From positions 1,594,670-1,658,669 of the forward strand of contig ML992505.1 in the NCBI GenBank assembly GCA_010093995.1: a DNA stretch of 64,000 nucleotides, read 5' to 3'. Below the pieces are notes generated by a model. The model was given only the letters and a program-made list of their open reading frames with translations, searched no databases and had not been told where the DNA came from. The stretch is from Elsinoe ampelina. Its lineage: Eukaryota. A program made the position numbers and the translations under genes. How positions within the stretch are numbered: the first letter of the stretch is position 1; every line of letters starts with the position of its first letter. Positions 11,375-23,478 of this stretch are shown piece after piece.

Positions 11375-12421
11375 TTAAATGACGTTCCAGGCATCCTCGG
11401 CGGCGTGACAGAACTTACTGCAAGCCACACTTGCGCTCAGGCTGAAATTGCTAATACTGATCGAGTCGTCCTTGTAGGCGTCGGCGAAACTATCGTTTCC
11501 CTTGGCCATGGCACCAACGAATACGCAGATGCTCTCCTTGGGGCCGAGATCCTCGATGTAGTCCCGAACTCGCACCACAGGCGCATCAAAGGACAACGTG
11601 ACCTTTCGACAATTGGGTGGCAGATGGTCAGTGATGGGATTCTTGATCACCTTGAGAAGCTTCTCTTGGGAAGTTGTCGATCTGATCGACAGCTTGTGTA
11701 GAAGCTGTACCATGAGACCGGCGAATCGTTTGAAGGTACGCGGAATTCGGACAGTTGGGCTGACTTCGATGAGAATGCCCTTTGCCGTGTGGATGTAGAT
11801 CTGCAGTCGACCGGCTTTGTTCACAGGCGAGTCCAATAGGGTCAAAAGGCACTATCTGCTGTCAGCATGCGTCCGCGGAGCTTCGCTAGCGATCTTACCT
11901 GGTGAGTAATGTCTGGTCTGGCGTCACTAATGTCGCGACCCATCTTACGCATAACACCAATGTGCTCGTCGCTGTTCAGAAGCGAGTACTTTTCTTCCCT
12001 CGGGCCTCCACGTCCGCCGAAGGATGCCTTGTATGTCTCGAGACTGGCATTGGACAGGACGACAATGAGTCGCTTTGTGTCCTTGTCCGTGGCAGGGATT
12101 GGATGGTGCTGCTCAGCAACGAGTTGCGGCAGAGATGGTGGAGGTAAAGATTGGGTTCCTGTTACACACAGAGAACCGCAAGTCAGTTACAATTCTTGTT
12201 GAAAGAATGGACTCTCACGAGACATCGTTGAAGATTGTCGTCGTCGTCTGAATTTTCCTTCTCGTCGAAGAAAGGAAAGACGCACTTATTCTCTTGTTCT
12301 CCCTATCTTGAACTTGTAGAGCACCTCTTGGGCTACGTTTGTCACCATTGACTACTTCGTCGGCATCACGTTTGTTGCCTGGCTGGGCTGACTCGACGGC
12401 TTGCTGAAGATCCTTTGACAT
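11375..12421 (-). CDS. EMG1: 18S rRNA pseudouridine N1-methyltransferase Emg1/Nep1 (exon 1 either 12421-12286 or 12225-12219; then 12158-11899, 11851-11375)
   Basis: [81 protein letters not shown]. Splice phases are consistent. Confidence 0.95.
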
Positions 12422-13217
12422 GGTTAGGAATGAACTTGGAGTAGGTGGTAGGGATTGGATTGGATAGTGCGTTACCCTCTTCTTAATATATTTCCTCGGC
12501 CTCGTTGGAGCGGGCATTGTGAGATCCGGCGATTCGAGTCTTGGTTGTTACGGACAGATTGGGGTCCAAAGTGCATGCAGCGCGAAAAAATGGGATCTCG
12601 CTGACCGAAGGTTTTCTGACGCTGCAGATGGGCGAAATCTCTCACAGAATCTGCCCCTCCATCAAAACTCCGGCTCCGGTGCGCTCGGACCGCGATGGGA
12701 CCCCACTAATTGCCCGAGCATCAGACCACGACTGCTGTCGTTTCGAACATCAGCCAGACCAAGTTAGGACTCACGACAGTATAGCTTCACATACCTTGCT
12801 TGATCTCACATTCCCGCCGTGAGTCTGGGACTGTATAGTGGAAAGTGATAGACCGGACAATCTTCCCCACCAGATATGGGCCATGCAGAGATCAGCACTC
12901 CTCCCGCCAATGACATAACACACGCTAAAAGATAAGTCCACTGCGAGTTCTATTCATCTTCTTTGACAGCAATCTTCATCTGCAAGTGTTTACAGACGTG
13001 AGCTACGAGACTCTTCGAAGGGCTCAGAATCGAGCAACTTACATGCAAGTTGTGGTAGAAACCTGTAGCGAGCAAATTTTGCTATCGGACTGCTTCAAAC
13101 CACAATTACCCATGGTGTGGAAGGCTTTCTCTTTCGAGACTGTACAAGAGACATAGAAGCACCATCTGCCTGTCACATCCACAAAGTATCACATTCACAA
13201 CTTCACTCGTCGCCAAG

Positions 13218-14657
13218 ATGGAGCAATCTCCTGCCAAGACACAAACAACGGAATTAATCCTCCAAGATATCGATCCCAAGCTGGAAAAAGCACTCGTCCG
13301 CAAGCTAGACAGCGCCATCATCCCGGTGGTGATGCTGCTATACACCCTATCGTTCCTCGACCGCGTCAACATCGGCAACGCCCGCCTCTACGGCCTTGAG
13401 GAAGACCTCAACCTCTCAGCCACCCAATACCAAACCGCAGTCTCCATCCTCTTCGTCACGTACATCATCTTCGAACTCCCCTCCAACCTCGTCATCAAGC
13501 ACTACGTCCGCCCCTCGCGCTGGATCTCCTTCATCACCACAGCTTGGGGTATCGTTGCTACCTTCACCGGCCTCACGCAGAACTACGGCGGCCTCATCGC
13601 CTGTCGCCTGCTCCTCGGCGCTCTGGAATCCGGACTCTTCCCTGGCCTCGCAATTTACCTCACAACTTTCTACACCAAGCGCGAACTCGCCCTCCGAGTA
13701 GGCTACCTCTTCGTCTCCGCCGCCGTAGCAGGCGCATGCGGCGGTTTGCTCGCCTACGCCATCGGCTTCCTCGACGGCACCGCCTCACTCCGCGGATGGC
13801 GCTGGATCATGATCCTGGAAGGCATCCCGACCGTCCTCCTCGGCGTCTCCTGCTGGTGGCTCCTGGCCGACGACCCGGAAACCGCCTTCTTCCTGTCAGC
13901 GGAGCAGAAGAAGATGATGCTCGCCCGCCGCGCGGCTCAGCCTGGGCAGACGGATACGTTTGAGTGGAAGGACGCGAGGAAGGGGTTGAGGGATTGGAAG
14001 ATTTACGTCTTCTCCGCTGGGCAGTTTTGTGCTGATACGATGTTGTATGGGTATTCGACTTTTTTGCCGACGATTATTCGCGGGATTAACCCGGGGGCGT
14101 CCACCGCGTTGGTCCAGGTTTTGACGATTCCGTGCTATGCGACGGGGGCGATCACGTATTTGCTCGTGGCGTGGGTGTCGGATCAGAGGCAGCAGAGGGG
14201 TTTGTATACCTGTGTGCTGGGCTTATTTTCTGTGCTGGGGTATGCGTTACTGATGAGCCCTGTGGGGTCGAACGTGCAGTACGCGGGGTGTTTCCTGGTT
14301 GCGTTGGGGTTGTATGTCTTGGTCGGGCTGCCGTTGGCTTGGTTGCCGAGTAACAACCCGAGGTATGGGAAGAGGACGACGGCGACGGGGTTACAACTGA
14401 CAATTGGAAATACGAGTGGCATCATGGCGGGGTTTCTGTATCCGCCTAGGGAAGGACCGAGGTTTTTGAGAGGTCATGGTGTGACCGTGGGTGTGGTGGC
14501 AGTTGCTGTGGGAATATATGCTGGAATGAGTGTTTGGTTCGTGAGGGAGAATAAGAAGAGGGCTAGGGGAGATAGGGATGCCAGGACTGAGGGCATGACG
14601 GAGGAGGAAGCGTGGGAGCTAGGAGATGAGAACCCTCGATACGTATTTACCACCTAG
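13218..14657 (+). CDS. MFS transporter, anion:cation symporter (Dal5/Tna1 allantoate-nicotinate permease) family
   Basis: LVRKLD..YTLSFLDRVNIGNARL, FELPSN, RLLLGALESGLFPG, GWRWIMILEGIPT; about 12 hydrophobic segments; C-terminal LGDENPRYVF. Confidence 0.9.
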   Translation: MEQSPAKTQTTELILQDIDPKLEKALVRKLDSAIIPVVMLLYTLSFLDRVNIGNARLYGLEEDLNLSATQYQTAVSILFVTYIIFELPSNLVIKHYVRPSRWISFITTAWGIVATFTGLTQNYGGLIACRLLLGALESGLFPGLAIYLTTFYTKRELALRVGYLFVSAAVAGACGGLLAYAIGFLDGTASLRGWRWIMILEGIPTVLLGVSCWWLLADDPETAFFLSAEQKKMMLARRAAQPGQTDTFEWKDARKGLRDWKIYVFSAGQFCADTMLYGYSTFLPTIIRGINPGASTALVQVLTIPCYATGAITYLLVAWVSDQRQQRGLYTCVLGLFSVLGYALLMSPVGSNVQYAGCFLVALGLYVLVGLPLAWLPSNNPRYGKRTTATGLQLTIGNTSGIMAGFLYPPREGPRFLRGHGVTVGVVAVAVGIYAGMSVWFVRENKKRARGDRDARTEGMTEEEAWELGDENPRYVFTT

Positions 14658-14878
14658 TTGGAACCTAGCATCGTGAGGACTTATATTCCCTACATGCCGA
14701 GCATGTATATCGAACAAGATCGACGCGCGTTGTTGGATGAATGGCTAATTTATGGCAACCGACCGTGATACGTCTCAAGGGAGCAAATATCAGGTTCGAG
14801 AAATGGCTACCAATCCTACATGTCTGCCAAACCTCCAAACTCCACGCCATGCTTAATATCACAAAACCCTCAAGGTGC

Positions 14879-16462
14879 TCAGAACGGAAATCCGCCAGGA
14901 AAGCCACCACCGCCGCCTCCCGCTCTAAACTTGAATTGTCCTCCACCTCCACCTTGCTGAAACATGAATTGCTGACCGCCGGGGAATCCACCGCCAAAGG
15001 GACTGCCCTGGAACGGATTGCCTTGTTGACTGGTGTCATTCGGATCGTCGCCGTTATCGAATCGCTGCTTCAATTCAGGATCGCTAAGCACTTCATATGC
15101 CTCATTGATGCCAGCCATTTTCTTCTGGGCTTCTTCGACGGTGATGCCTTGTTGTGATGCTTTGTCGGGGTGGAATTTGACGCTGAGTTTTCGATAGGCA
15201 CGTTTGATGTCTCTAGCGTCCGAGTCTCGTGATATGCCCAGGACCTTGTAATAGTCTTTTTGCTTGGACCGTTTAAGCAGATTTTGTGCTTTATTGTAGA
15301 GCTCGTTGACACGGCGATCCTGACCGTGCGCCTCCTTGGCTGTGTTGAGAGTACGGATGGCCTCTTCGAAATCGTCATTGTCGATTTCTCGAGTAGCCTT
15401 TCCGACAAGAGCAGGTAAACAGTTGGGGTTGAAGGTCAAGGCTTCCGTACAGTATGGTGCAGCCCGCTTGTGGTTGTTCATCTCGGTATATGCTTCGCAA
15501 GTGAGCTCGACAAGCGATTCGTAGAGCTGAGAAGGAGCATTTGACGGAATGGTGCCCGCCTGTTTAAGCTTGCCTGCATCTGCTTTGATCTCTTCCAGTA
15601 GACCCTCGTCCTCGCCGGTCTTGACGAGCAATTTGACAGCGCTGTTGTATTGCCGTTTTGAGAACAGATCCCGTACCTTCTTTAGCCGCTTGTCGACTGC
15701 TTTCTCGGCCTTTAGAAGTTTCCGGCACGCCTTCGAGTCTGGATCAGAGTGCATGCATCGCCTGATCTGCGATAGACCTTGGTCGACTTCATTGAGCGAG
15801 TAGAAATAGGTAGCCGATAGTCGTAGAAATGCGTCTTCGGAAGAAGAGATCTGGGCGACATGGAGAAGATCGCTCAATCCTTCATGAATCTCACCCTTCT
15901 CAAACCGACAATGCGCCCTCCGTTTTCTCAGATCCAGCGATCCACTCGCAACATTGATGGCGACGTCCGCGTTTGAGGTACAAGCGCTCCAATCACCCGA
16001 CTTCTCAGCGTCCGCAGATACCTTCTCTGCCCCTTCTGCATCATCCAGGTCCCTGAGCTCTTCGCCTCCGGTCTTCCCTGCTGCCTTGTAGTCTTTTCTT
16101 GCAGCATTCCAATCGGCGTTGCGACTCTTGATCTTTGCTCGTTGTACCAGTGCGCCTTCAAAATTGGGCTTGATCGCCAATACCCGATCAAAGTCCTGAT
16201 TGGCTTGCGAGTGCTTCCCTAATGAAAGGTATGCAGCTCCTCGTCGAAATATGGTGAGATAGTTCTGTGGATCCCTCGTCACCGCAATATCAAAGTATGC
16301 GAGAGCATCCTGGGCATGTCCTTGAGCAAGCGCAGCAGTAGCAGAAGTTATTATCTGTGACACTGGGGTGTCGGCTGAAATGTCCGAGGGCGATAGAGCA
16401 GAGACGAAGGGCGCCGAGGCAACGAGAATGCCCAAGGCTAGCTGCTTCACCGGGCGAACCAT
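14879..16462 (-). CDS. ER-luminal TPR + DnaJ co-chaperone (DNAJC3/P58IPK-like)
   Basis: Signal peptide MVRPVKQLALGILVASAPFVSA, multiple TPRs, J domain DYYKVLG..IKRAYRKLSVKFHPDK, G/F-rich tail. Confidence 0.9.
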   Translation of the reverse strand: MVRPVKQLALGILVASAPFVSALSPSDISADTPVSQIITSATAALAQGHAQDALAYFDIAVTRDPQNYLTIFRRGAAYLSLGKHSQANQDFDRVLAIKPNFEGALVQRAKIKSRNADWNAARKDYKAAGKTGGEELRDLDDAEGAEKVSADAEKSGDWSACTSNADVAINVASGSLDLRKRRAHCRFEKGEIHEGLSDLLHVAQISSSEDAFLRLSATYFYSLNEVDQGLSQIRRCMHSDPDSKACRKLLKAEKAVDKRLKKVRDLFSKRQYNSAVKLLVKTGEDEGLLEEIKADAGKLKQAGTIPSNAPSQLYESLVELTCEAYTEMNNHKRAAPYCTEALTFNPNCLPALVGKATREIDNDDFEEAIRTLNTAKEAHGQDRRVNELYNKAQNLLKRSKQKDYYKVLGISRDSDARDIKRAYRKLSVKFHPDKASQQGITVEEAQKKMAGINEAYEVLSDPELKQRFDNGDDPNDTSQQGNPFQGSPFGGGFPGGQQFMFQQGGGGGQFKFRAGGGGGGFPGGFPF

Positions 16463-16886
16463 TGTTGTAATTGCATAAGGCGGGAAGGGAAGGATGAGGA
16501 GAAGGTCGTGGAGCAAAAGAGGTGTCGAGTTTCCAAAGGCCAGCTTTCAATGATGAGACCCTGATCTGATGCTCTCCTCTTTCGGGCCTAGCCCCATCGT
16601 CACAAATTAAGGTTGGCGGACGGCAGAGGCCGCTCATCAAAGCGTGCTCATGACGTCCCCGCAACCAACAAGTCGCTTGATTAGCGTTGAATGGGCTTCG
16701 GAGCTTGTAGGTACTGTTTCGTTTCTCAGACCACTTCAAAGTTGACTTTCTTGTCAACTAGTTTGACAGGACGCAGCTTGTTCTCGACTCAATTCGTGTC
16801 TTCTAGGACCATCTGAGGGAGCATCTCTACATAGTCACACTGGAACTGGTATTCTCCCGGACACAGAACGCGCGTCGGTCTTCAAC

Positions 16887-19209
16887 ATGACCGACTTTCG
16901 ACTGAGGATTGATGGGAGAAGGTTCAGGGACAAGCACAACAGGGAGGTTACCCTTCGAGGCATCAATGTTGCTGGAGACTGCAAGTTACCATACAAACCT
17001 GATCAATCATCACACGTAAAGGAAGGCTTCTTCGATGGCGACTCGGTCTCCTTTGTTGGTCGACCCTTTCCTCTGGACGAAGCACATACACACTTCTCGC
17101 GGTTACGGAAATGGGGTATGAACACGATTAGATATGTCTTCACTTGGGAAGCGTTGGAACATGCAGGGCCAGGGAAATATGACGAGGACTTTATCGATTT
17201 CACCTTGGAAGTGCTGCGATTGGCAAAGAGTTATGGATTTTATATCTTCATGGATCCTCATCAAGATGTTTGGTCACGCTATACGGGTGGATCTGGAGCT
17301 CCGATGTGGACGATCTACGCATGCGGCTTTGACCCCAAGAAGTTTCATGTCACACAGGCAGCCCTTGTGCACAACACTTGGCCTGATCCTGAGCAATTCC
17401 CCAAGATGATTTGGGCGACAAACTACTATCGATTGGCTGCTCAAACGATCTTCACTCTTTTCTTCGCTGGCAAGGACTTTGCGCCAAAGGCCATCATCGA
17501 TGGCAAGAACATCCAGGACTATCTTCAAGGTCATTTCATAGACGCATGCAAGCACCTGGCAAAGCGCATTGTTGACGCAAAGGATCTGGAGAATGATGTA
17601 GTCTTTGGGTTTGAGAGTATCAACGAGCCTAATCCTGGGTATCTGGTGAACCACGATCTGTCAACACTTCCAGCCGAACAGAATCTCAAGAGAGGGACAG
17701 CTCCGACAGCATTCCAAGCCATGCTGACAGGATCCGGTCGAGCAGTGGAGATTGACACCTACGAATTCGGTGGTCTAGGGCCATACAAGTCCGGATCAGA
17801 ACTGGTTGATCCTCAAGGAGAGTCTGCGTGGCTTTCGTCGGATGAGCATGACAAGAGATACGGATGGAAACGAGATCCAGGCTGGAAGATTGGAGAATGT
17901 TTATGGGCACAACATGGCGTTTGGGACACACAAAAGGATCAGTTATTACGAAAGGACTACTTCGCCAAACATCCGGTTTCGAATGAAGACATGACTCACG
18001 AATTCTTCACCAACAATTACTTTATGCATTATTACCGGACGTATGCTGCTGCGATACGAGAAGCCTATCCAGACTGTATCATGCTCTGCGAACCGTCGCC
18101 GTTTGAGATTCCTCCAAAGATCAAGGGCACGCGGGATGACGACAAGAACATGATCTATGCTGCACATTTCTATGATGGCATAACTTTACTCACAAAGAAG
18201 TGGAATCGATACTGGAACGTCGATGTATTCGGAATTCTAAGAGGAAAGTACCTCTCGCCTGCATTTGCGGTCAAGGTTGGGGAGACTGCTATCCGCAACT
18301 GCTTCAAGGACCAGCTCACTGCGATGAAGCAGGAGGGGATTGACTACATGGGAGAGCATCCCTGCATATTCACAGAGATTGGAATTCCGTACGATATGGA
18401 TGAGAAGTATGCATACAAGAGTGGAGATTACACCAGTCAAACACTAGCAATGGACGCCAATCACTATGCATTAGAAGGCTGTGGAGCAGCAGGACATACG
18501 CTCTGGGTCTATGTGCCCTCGGTAAGTCCGCAAGACGTGGTATGAAGGATTACGCTGACCTTGACAGAATAACCACAAGTGGGGTGACAACTGGAACGGC
18601 GAGGATTTGTCCGTCTTTTCAGTGGATGACAGGGCCTTGCCACTGGCACCGTCTCTCAAAGCGACGTCTTTTGATCCGAACTCCCCATCCTACTCGGAGT
18701 CGAGGACTTCGATTGATGACTCCATCTCCAAGAAGAATATTGATCGAACACTGTCGGTAGACCAGATGAGCATGAGCAAATCATCGATTCAAAGTAGCAA
18801 CGAGCATCCGACGTTCAGAGCTGCGGAGGCGTACGTGAGACCTGCGCCGATCTTCACAGCAGGGGAAATCGTCAGCTATGGTTTCGATCTACGATCATGT
18901 ACATTCACAATCACAATCAACGCTCCAAAGGCAACGGAACAGGACCTACCTACAGAGATCTATTTACCGGAATTCCACTTCCCTCAAGACACCACGGACG
19001 TAGAAGTCAGTGGAGGGAAATGGAGCATCATGAACGACACTTTGCAGGAGACGCCCGTGCAGATGCTGAAATGGTGGCATGCGGAGGGTGAGCAAAAGTT
19101 ATCCGTCAAGGGGATTATGAGGAGACAAGGGAGGGTCATCAGTCCAGAGGAGGCTGAGGAAGGCTATATTGAGCAATGTCGCCGAGTGGTGGGGTGTACA
19201 GTCATGTAA
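16887..19209 (+). CDS. EGH1: GH5 endoglycoceramidase-related / ergosteryl-beta-glucosidase-like enzyme (exons 16887-18521, 18568-19209)
   Basis: LRGINV, WEALEHAGPGKYD, MDPHQDVWSR..GGSGAP, catalytic INEP and FTEIG. The 46-nt intron restores NNHKWGDNWNGEDLS. Confidence 0.85.
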
Positions 19210-19533
19210 GGATAGAAGCACGGGAGGATATCATTTGAGCGTTGCACGGAGTTCATGGAGGAGTAAATAGTCGTTCTTTGGTCTGCTATGGTACTACACC
19301 AGTCCATGCAAGCACTTTGACTTTCCCGGGCACGTGCTCTCGCGTCTCGTGAACCTCTACCGGCAACCTTTGCTCAAAATCACTGAGCTGTTTGGCACCC
19401 ACCAGCCTTCGTCCTTCTTTCACCTCGCCGTTTCCATTACACCTTCACTCTTCGGCTCATACTGGTCAGTTGCGATTCTCACGATAGTGCACATCGATAC
19501 ACGCACTCTCGCGACAGATCCGCATGGGCTGCC

Positions 19534-22500
19534 ATGACAGCACTCAATGGTGCAACAGCTTCCGCTGACAGCCAGGAGACATTTGCCAGGATCGAACATG
19601 CTCTTCAAATCTCGTACGACCCGAAGACGTCCGCGGATGTCCGACAGGAAGCGCTTGCTTATCTGGAGGAGCTGATGAACAATCATGAAGCACCTCATCA
19701 CGGATTCACTCTGGCCAACAACCACTCATTACCGGCACATGCTCGTCACTTCGGCCTCTCATTACTTGAAATTGCATTGGTCAGGAAATGGGATCAGTAT
19801 GCTTCACAAGAAGTAGACGCTCTACGTCAATGGGTGGTGGAATTGGCCAGTTCTCTACGACCAGAAGATGCAGGATACATCCGGAACAAGATTGCTCTGC
19901 TTTGGGTGGAGCTTGCTAAGAGAACATGGGGAGACACGTGGATGGATATGGACACCATGCTGCTGCAGTTGTGGGATGTGGCTCCGTCAGATGCCAGGTT
20001 TCACTGCAACAAGGTCTTTGTACTCTACGTCCTGGAGTGTCTATCAGACGACATCTGCGTCAGAGAGAATCCTGTAGCCATGTTGAGACAGGAGACCCTC
20101 GGTCATGCACTCAACGAGATTGTCATACCGCCTCAGCTATACCGCAAATACAAAGAGGGCGAAGACGACAGCACGAGAGTCCGACACAGTGAGGCAGGAT
20201 GGCTTTTGCAGACATGCAATTTGCTCAGATCCATGGCTGGAAGTCAAGCCAATCTAGACACCTCTACTGTCACAGCAATCATTACAAGAGCACTCGAGTC
20301 CCTCAAGCCGACCGTGAGCTGGATTAGCTTTGACGGCATTATCGAGACAGATTGCATTGACTGTGTATACGACACTCTTGCGTACGGCAATGAGACGATT
20401 CGTGTCGTGAGCATTATCAAACCATATATACTATGATCACAGGCTAAGTATATGTAGGCTGCCATTGAACTTCTCCTTGCCATCTTCAGTCGGCCTTACA
20501 ATCCTCACTTCCATACAGCTTGGGAGAAAATCTTCCGTTCAGCTATCACACCAACTCGTATAGAAATGATGAAGCGAACTTTTACGGCCTCGGAAACGAA
20601 TCCTGACGACATTGACGAAACGAGTTATACCCTGCAAAAGAAGCTCTCCGAGGTAGACCATACTCATGCGGTCTACAGATGACTTGCTAATCATATCAGG
20701 TGCTGGCCGCCATCGGAGCTGGCGTTACAAAGTACCCTTCTCTTTTCGAAAGCGATACCCAAATTATGGCCTTCTATGACCTTTCAGCGAACGTCTTTCA
20801 GAGCGACAGTCTGCTTGTCTCGATACCCGTCCTTCACAGTCTATCCGATGCAATCGCGACCAAGCATAAGGATATACGCTCGTTGCTGCAACAAGCCGAT
20901 AGCATCTTAATGGACACCTGCCTGGTACGACTTATCAAGTTCGAGGCCCTGCCGCAGGATACTTCACATCCAATTCTCAAATATCTTCACGAAGACTTTG
21001 AGACACTTCCCGAGCTTCATGCATTTCTTGGTAATTATCGGAGGTACTGCACAAAAGTCATTGAAAGAATATCTCAAGAACGGCCGGTTGAAGCCATCAG
21101 CTACCTTCTGCAACAGATGAAGGATATGTTCGGCACCGTCGATGGGCTACGAGGGTCAAGGTCGAATGCGGGACAGGGACCATACTCGAAAAACGACATA
21201 CCCATCGTGCAACTTGAAGCAAACTATCTTGCCGTCAAGTCAGCATTGTCTGGATATTCAAGATGGGCTAATGGCAAGAGACAAAGGCAAATACCCGGTC
21301 AGCCAGATCCGACACTACAACAGGAGATCGCGCACAGTATAGAGCAACTTTCAGAGCAGTGCAACTCACTCATGCAGATGGGACTACGCACCAGTGATCC
21401 TGCAGCCTACGAGCATTTGCAGCCGGATGTGGCCAGGGTCTGCTCGAAGATGTTGATTGAGATTGTTCTTCGTCTGCAACCAGCACCTGACAATCTTGTC
21501 GTATCAGTAGTTGCTGCGGTACTACAGGCTGGGACTAAGACCGACGCCGCCGATGCTGGGTACCTTGAAGCCATGAAGCAATTCGAGATCGAGCGGCTGG
21601 CAGAAATTCAGAGACTAGCTGTGTACTTTCCCAACCAGCTGTATGACAACAATCGGCAAATATTCGCCCTCATCGAGCGGCTGTTGGAAGACACCGGCCT
21701 TGACGACAAGAGCCGTTGGGGTTACAAAGCGCTGCCAGTCACCCTAACACAGCGGACAGTGCAGGTTGACGAACAGAGCAGGTTGACTCAGTTGCAACCT
21801 CTGCTTGAGCCAATCGCGATCGCTTGGTCCGATGAAAGCCTTGCTCAGGGCGCTTCATCATTCGAAGGCTTCTGCGAAGTCATCGGACTAAGCAAGCTTA
21901 CAAACTATGTCGAGCAAGCCAAGTTTGGAGAGAAGGCTGACTGGGCTACTACTCCACTCGACGATGCAGGAACATACATCCAGAAGCTCATCAATCAGAA
22001 GCTAGAAGCTCTACCACTGCGAATGACTACATCCTTGCTGGGGGCCTCCTCTGAAGGTCTCAAGGAAAACTCGGCACCTCAACGTATTGCTGCAGCGATA
22101 TGGGGCAAAATCATTCCTATCATCCTGCCCAATTTGCTTACGCTGCTTCGTCATGCCACCTCGTTTGCTGCACCACAGCATTGGGAACAATTCCCCGCCC
22201 AGATACAATCAGTCGTTCGTAAGATGTTGGTTGATCGATTCTGGCAGTCCGGTATCTCTAGCGAGTCCAGAGACGACTTCGCCGCACGAGTGAGTGGCAG
22301 CAGCAAGACCTACGAAGGTTTTGCCTCAACCGTTCGCGGCGCACCACGGCAGGTCAGAGACAGCTGCTACTATATCATCCATGGAATGACGCGCTTTCCT
22401 GATGTCTTCTATGGCATCACGGATCTCGCAGAACCCCTGGCCACTGCCCTTCTCGGAGACGCCGAGTATCTCTCGACCCACCATCTCCAGCGTCTCATCT

Positions 22501-23420
22501 CCCTCCTCGACCGCCTCGTCGAACGCTGCCCTCCCCATCATCGCCAATCCTTTCTCAGCCCCCTCATCTCCCTCGCCTTCTCCAAACTCCGCATGAAGCT
22601 CACCAAAGAATGGGAACTCGTTGAAGCCTCTCGGTCCACCGACACTGACACAACCCACAATCTCAGCGAAGAAATGAAAGCCGACTCGATCGTTCGCTCA
22701 ACAACCTACACCGTCATCAACTTCGCCCACAAACTCCTCGTTCCATCCCAGATCCCCCGTCCCTCTTCTACCGTCCCCGACGCCCTCCTGTCCACCCTCC
22801 TCCTCTCCTCCCCCACCACCGCCGAGCCTCTCGTCGCCTTCCTCACCGACGCCCTCCGCATGCGCGACTCCCGCTGCGTAGCCATCGCAACCCACGTCCT
22901 CCGCTCCGTGGTAGCGCAGTACATCGCCCTCCTACAGCCAGGACAAGACAAGCCCCAGCCGTCGGACGAGCAGCGCCACACCGCCTCCACGGTCCAAGCG
23001 CACCTCGAAACCACCTGCTTGCAAGCGGCCATCACCAGCCTGAATGAGAGCTACTTCGTGGACGTCCAGAAAGATCTCTCCGCACTGATAGCGTGCGTGG
23101 TGCACAACTACGCCCCCTCGTCTGGGCGGGCAGTCGGGTTTCTACTGTCGATTCAAGGCTTGGATCCAGGTAGGGTGCAGAACGCGGTGCACAGGGTCGT
23201 GAGCGGTAGGAAGGAGAGGGAGCAGAGGGCTGTTGTCATGGAGTTGTTGGAGGGGATTAGAGGGGTGAGGATGAGTGAGGTGGGGAAGATTGGGATCGGA
23301 GGGAATAGGAGGGAGGAGAAGGGGAAGAGGAGGTGGGTTGAGGGGATGGATACGGGGGAGGGGATTGTGAGGGGTGGCGGGGGGGGGGGGGGGGGGGGTG
23401 ATGGGACGAGTGGAAGTTGA
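19534..23420 (+). CDS. MSN5: Exportin-5/karyopherin Msn5 (exons 19534-20406, 20458-20652, 20700-23420; 3' end uncertain)
   Basis: Importin-N/Xpo1-like N-terminus (ARHFGLSLLE, YIRNKIALLWVELAKRTW), conserved DRFWQSGISSESRDDF. In-phase introns 20407-20457 and 20653-20699. Confidence 0.88.
23379..23398 (+). repeat. G20 homopolymer in the last codons of MSN5
   Basis: Direct reading of the sequence. Confidence 0.95.
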
Positions 23421-23478
23421 GGTGGCATGTGGCGGATGGAACGGCGGGGTGGCAATGCATGGGTATGCGATGAGTATA

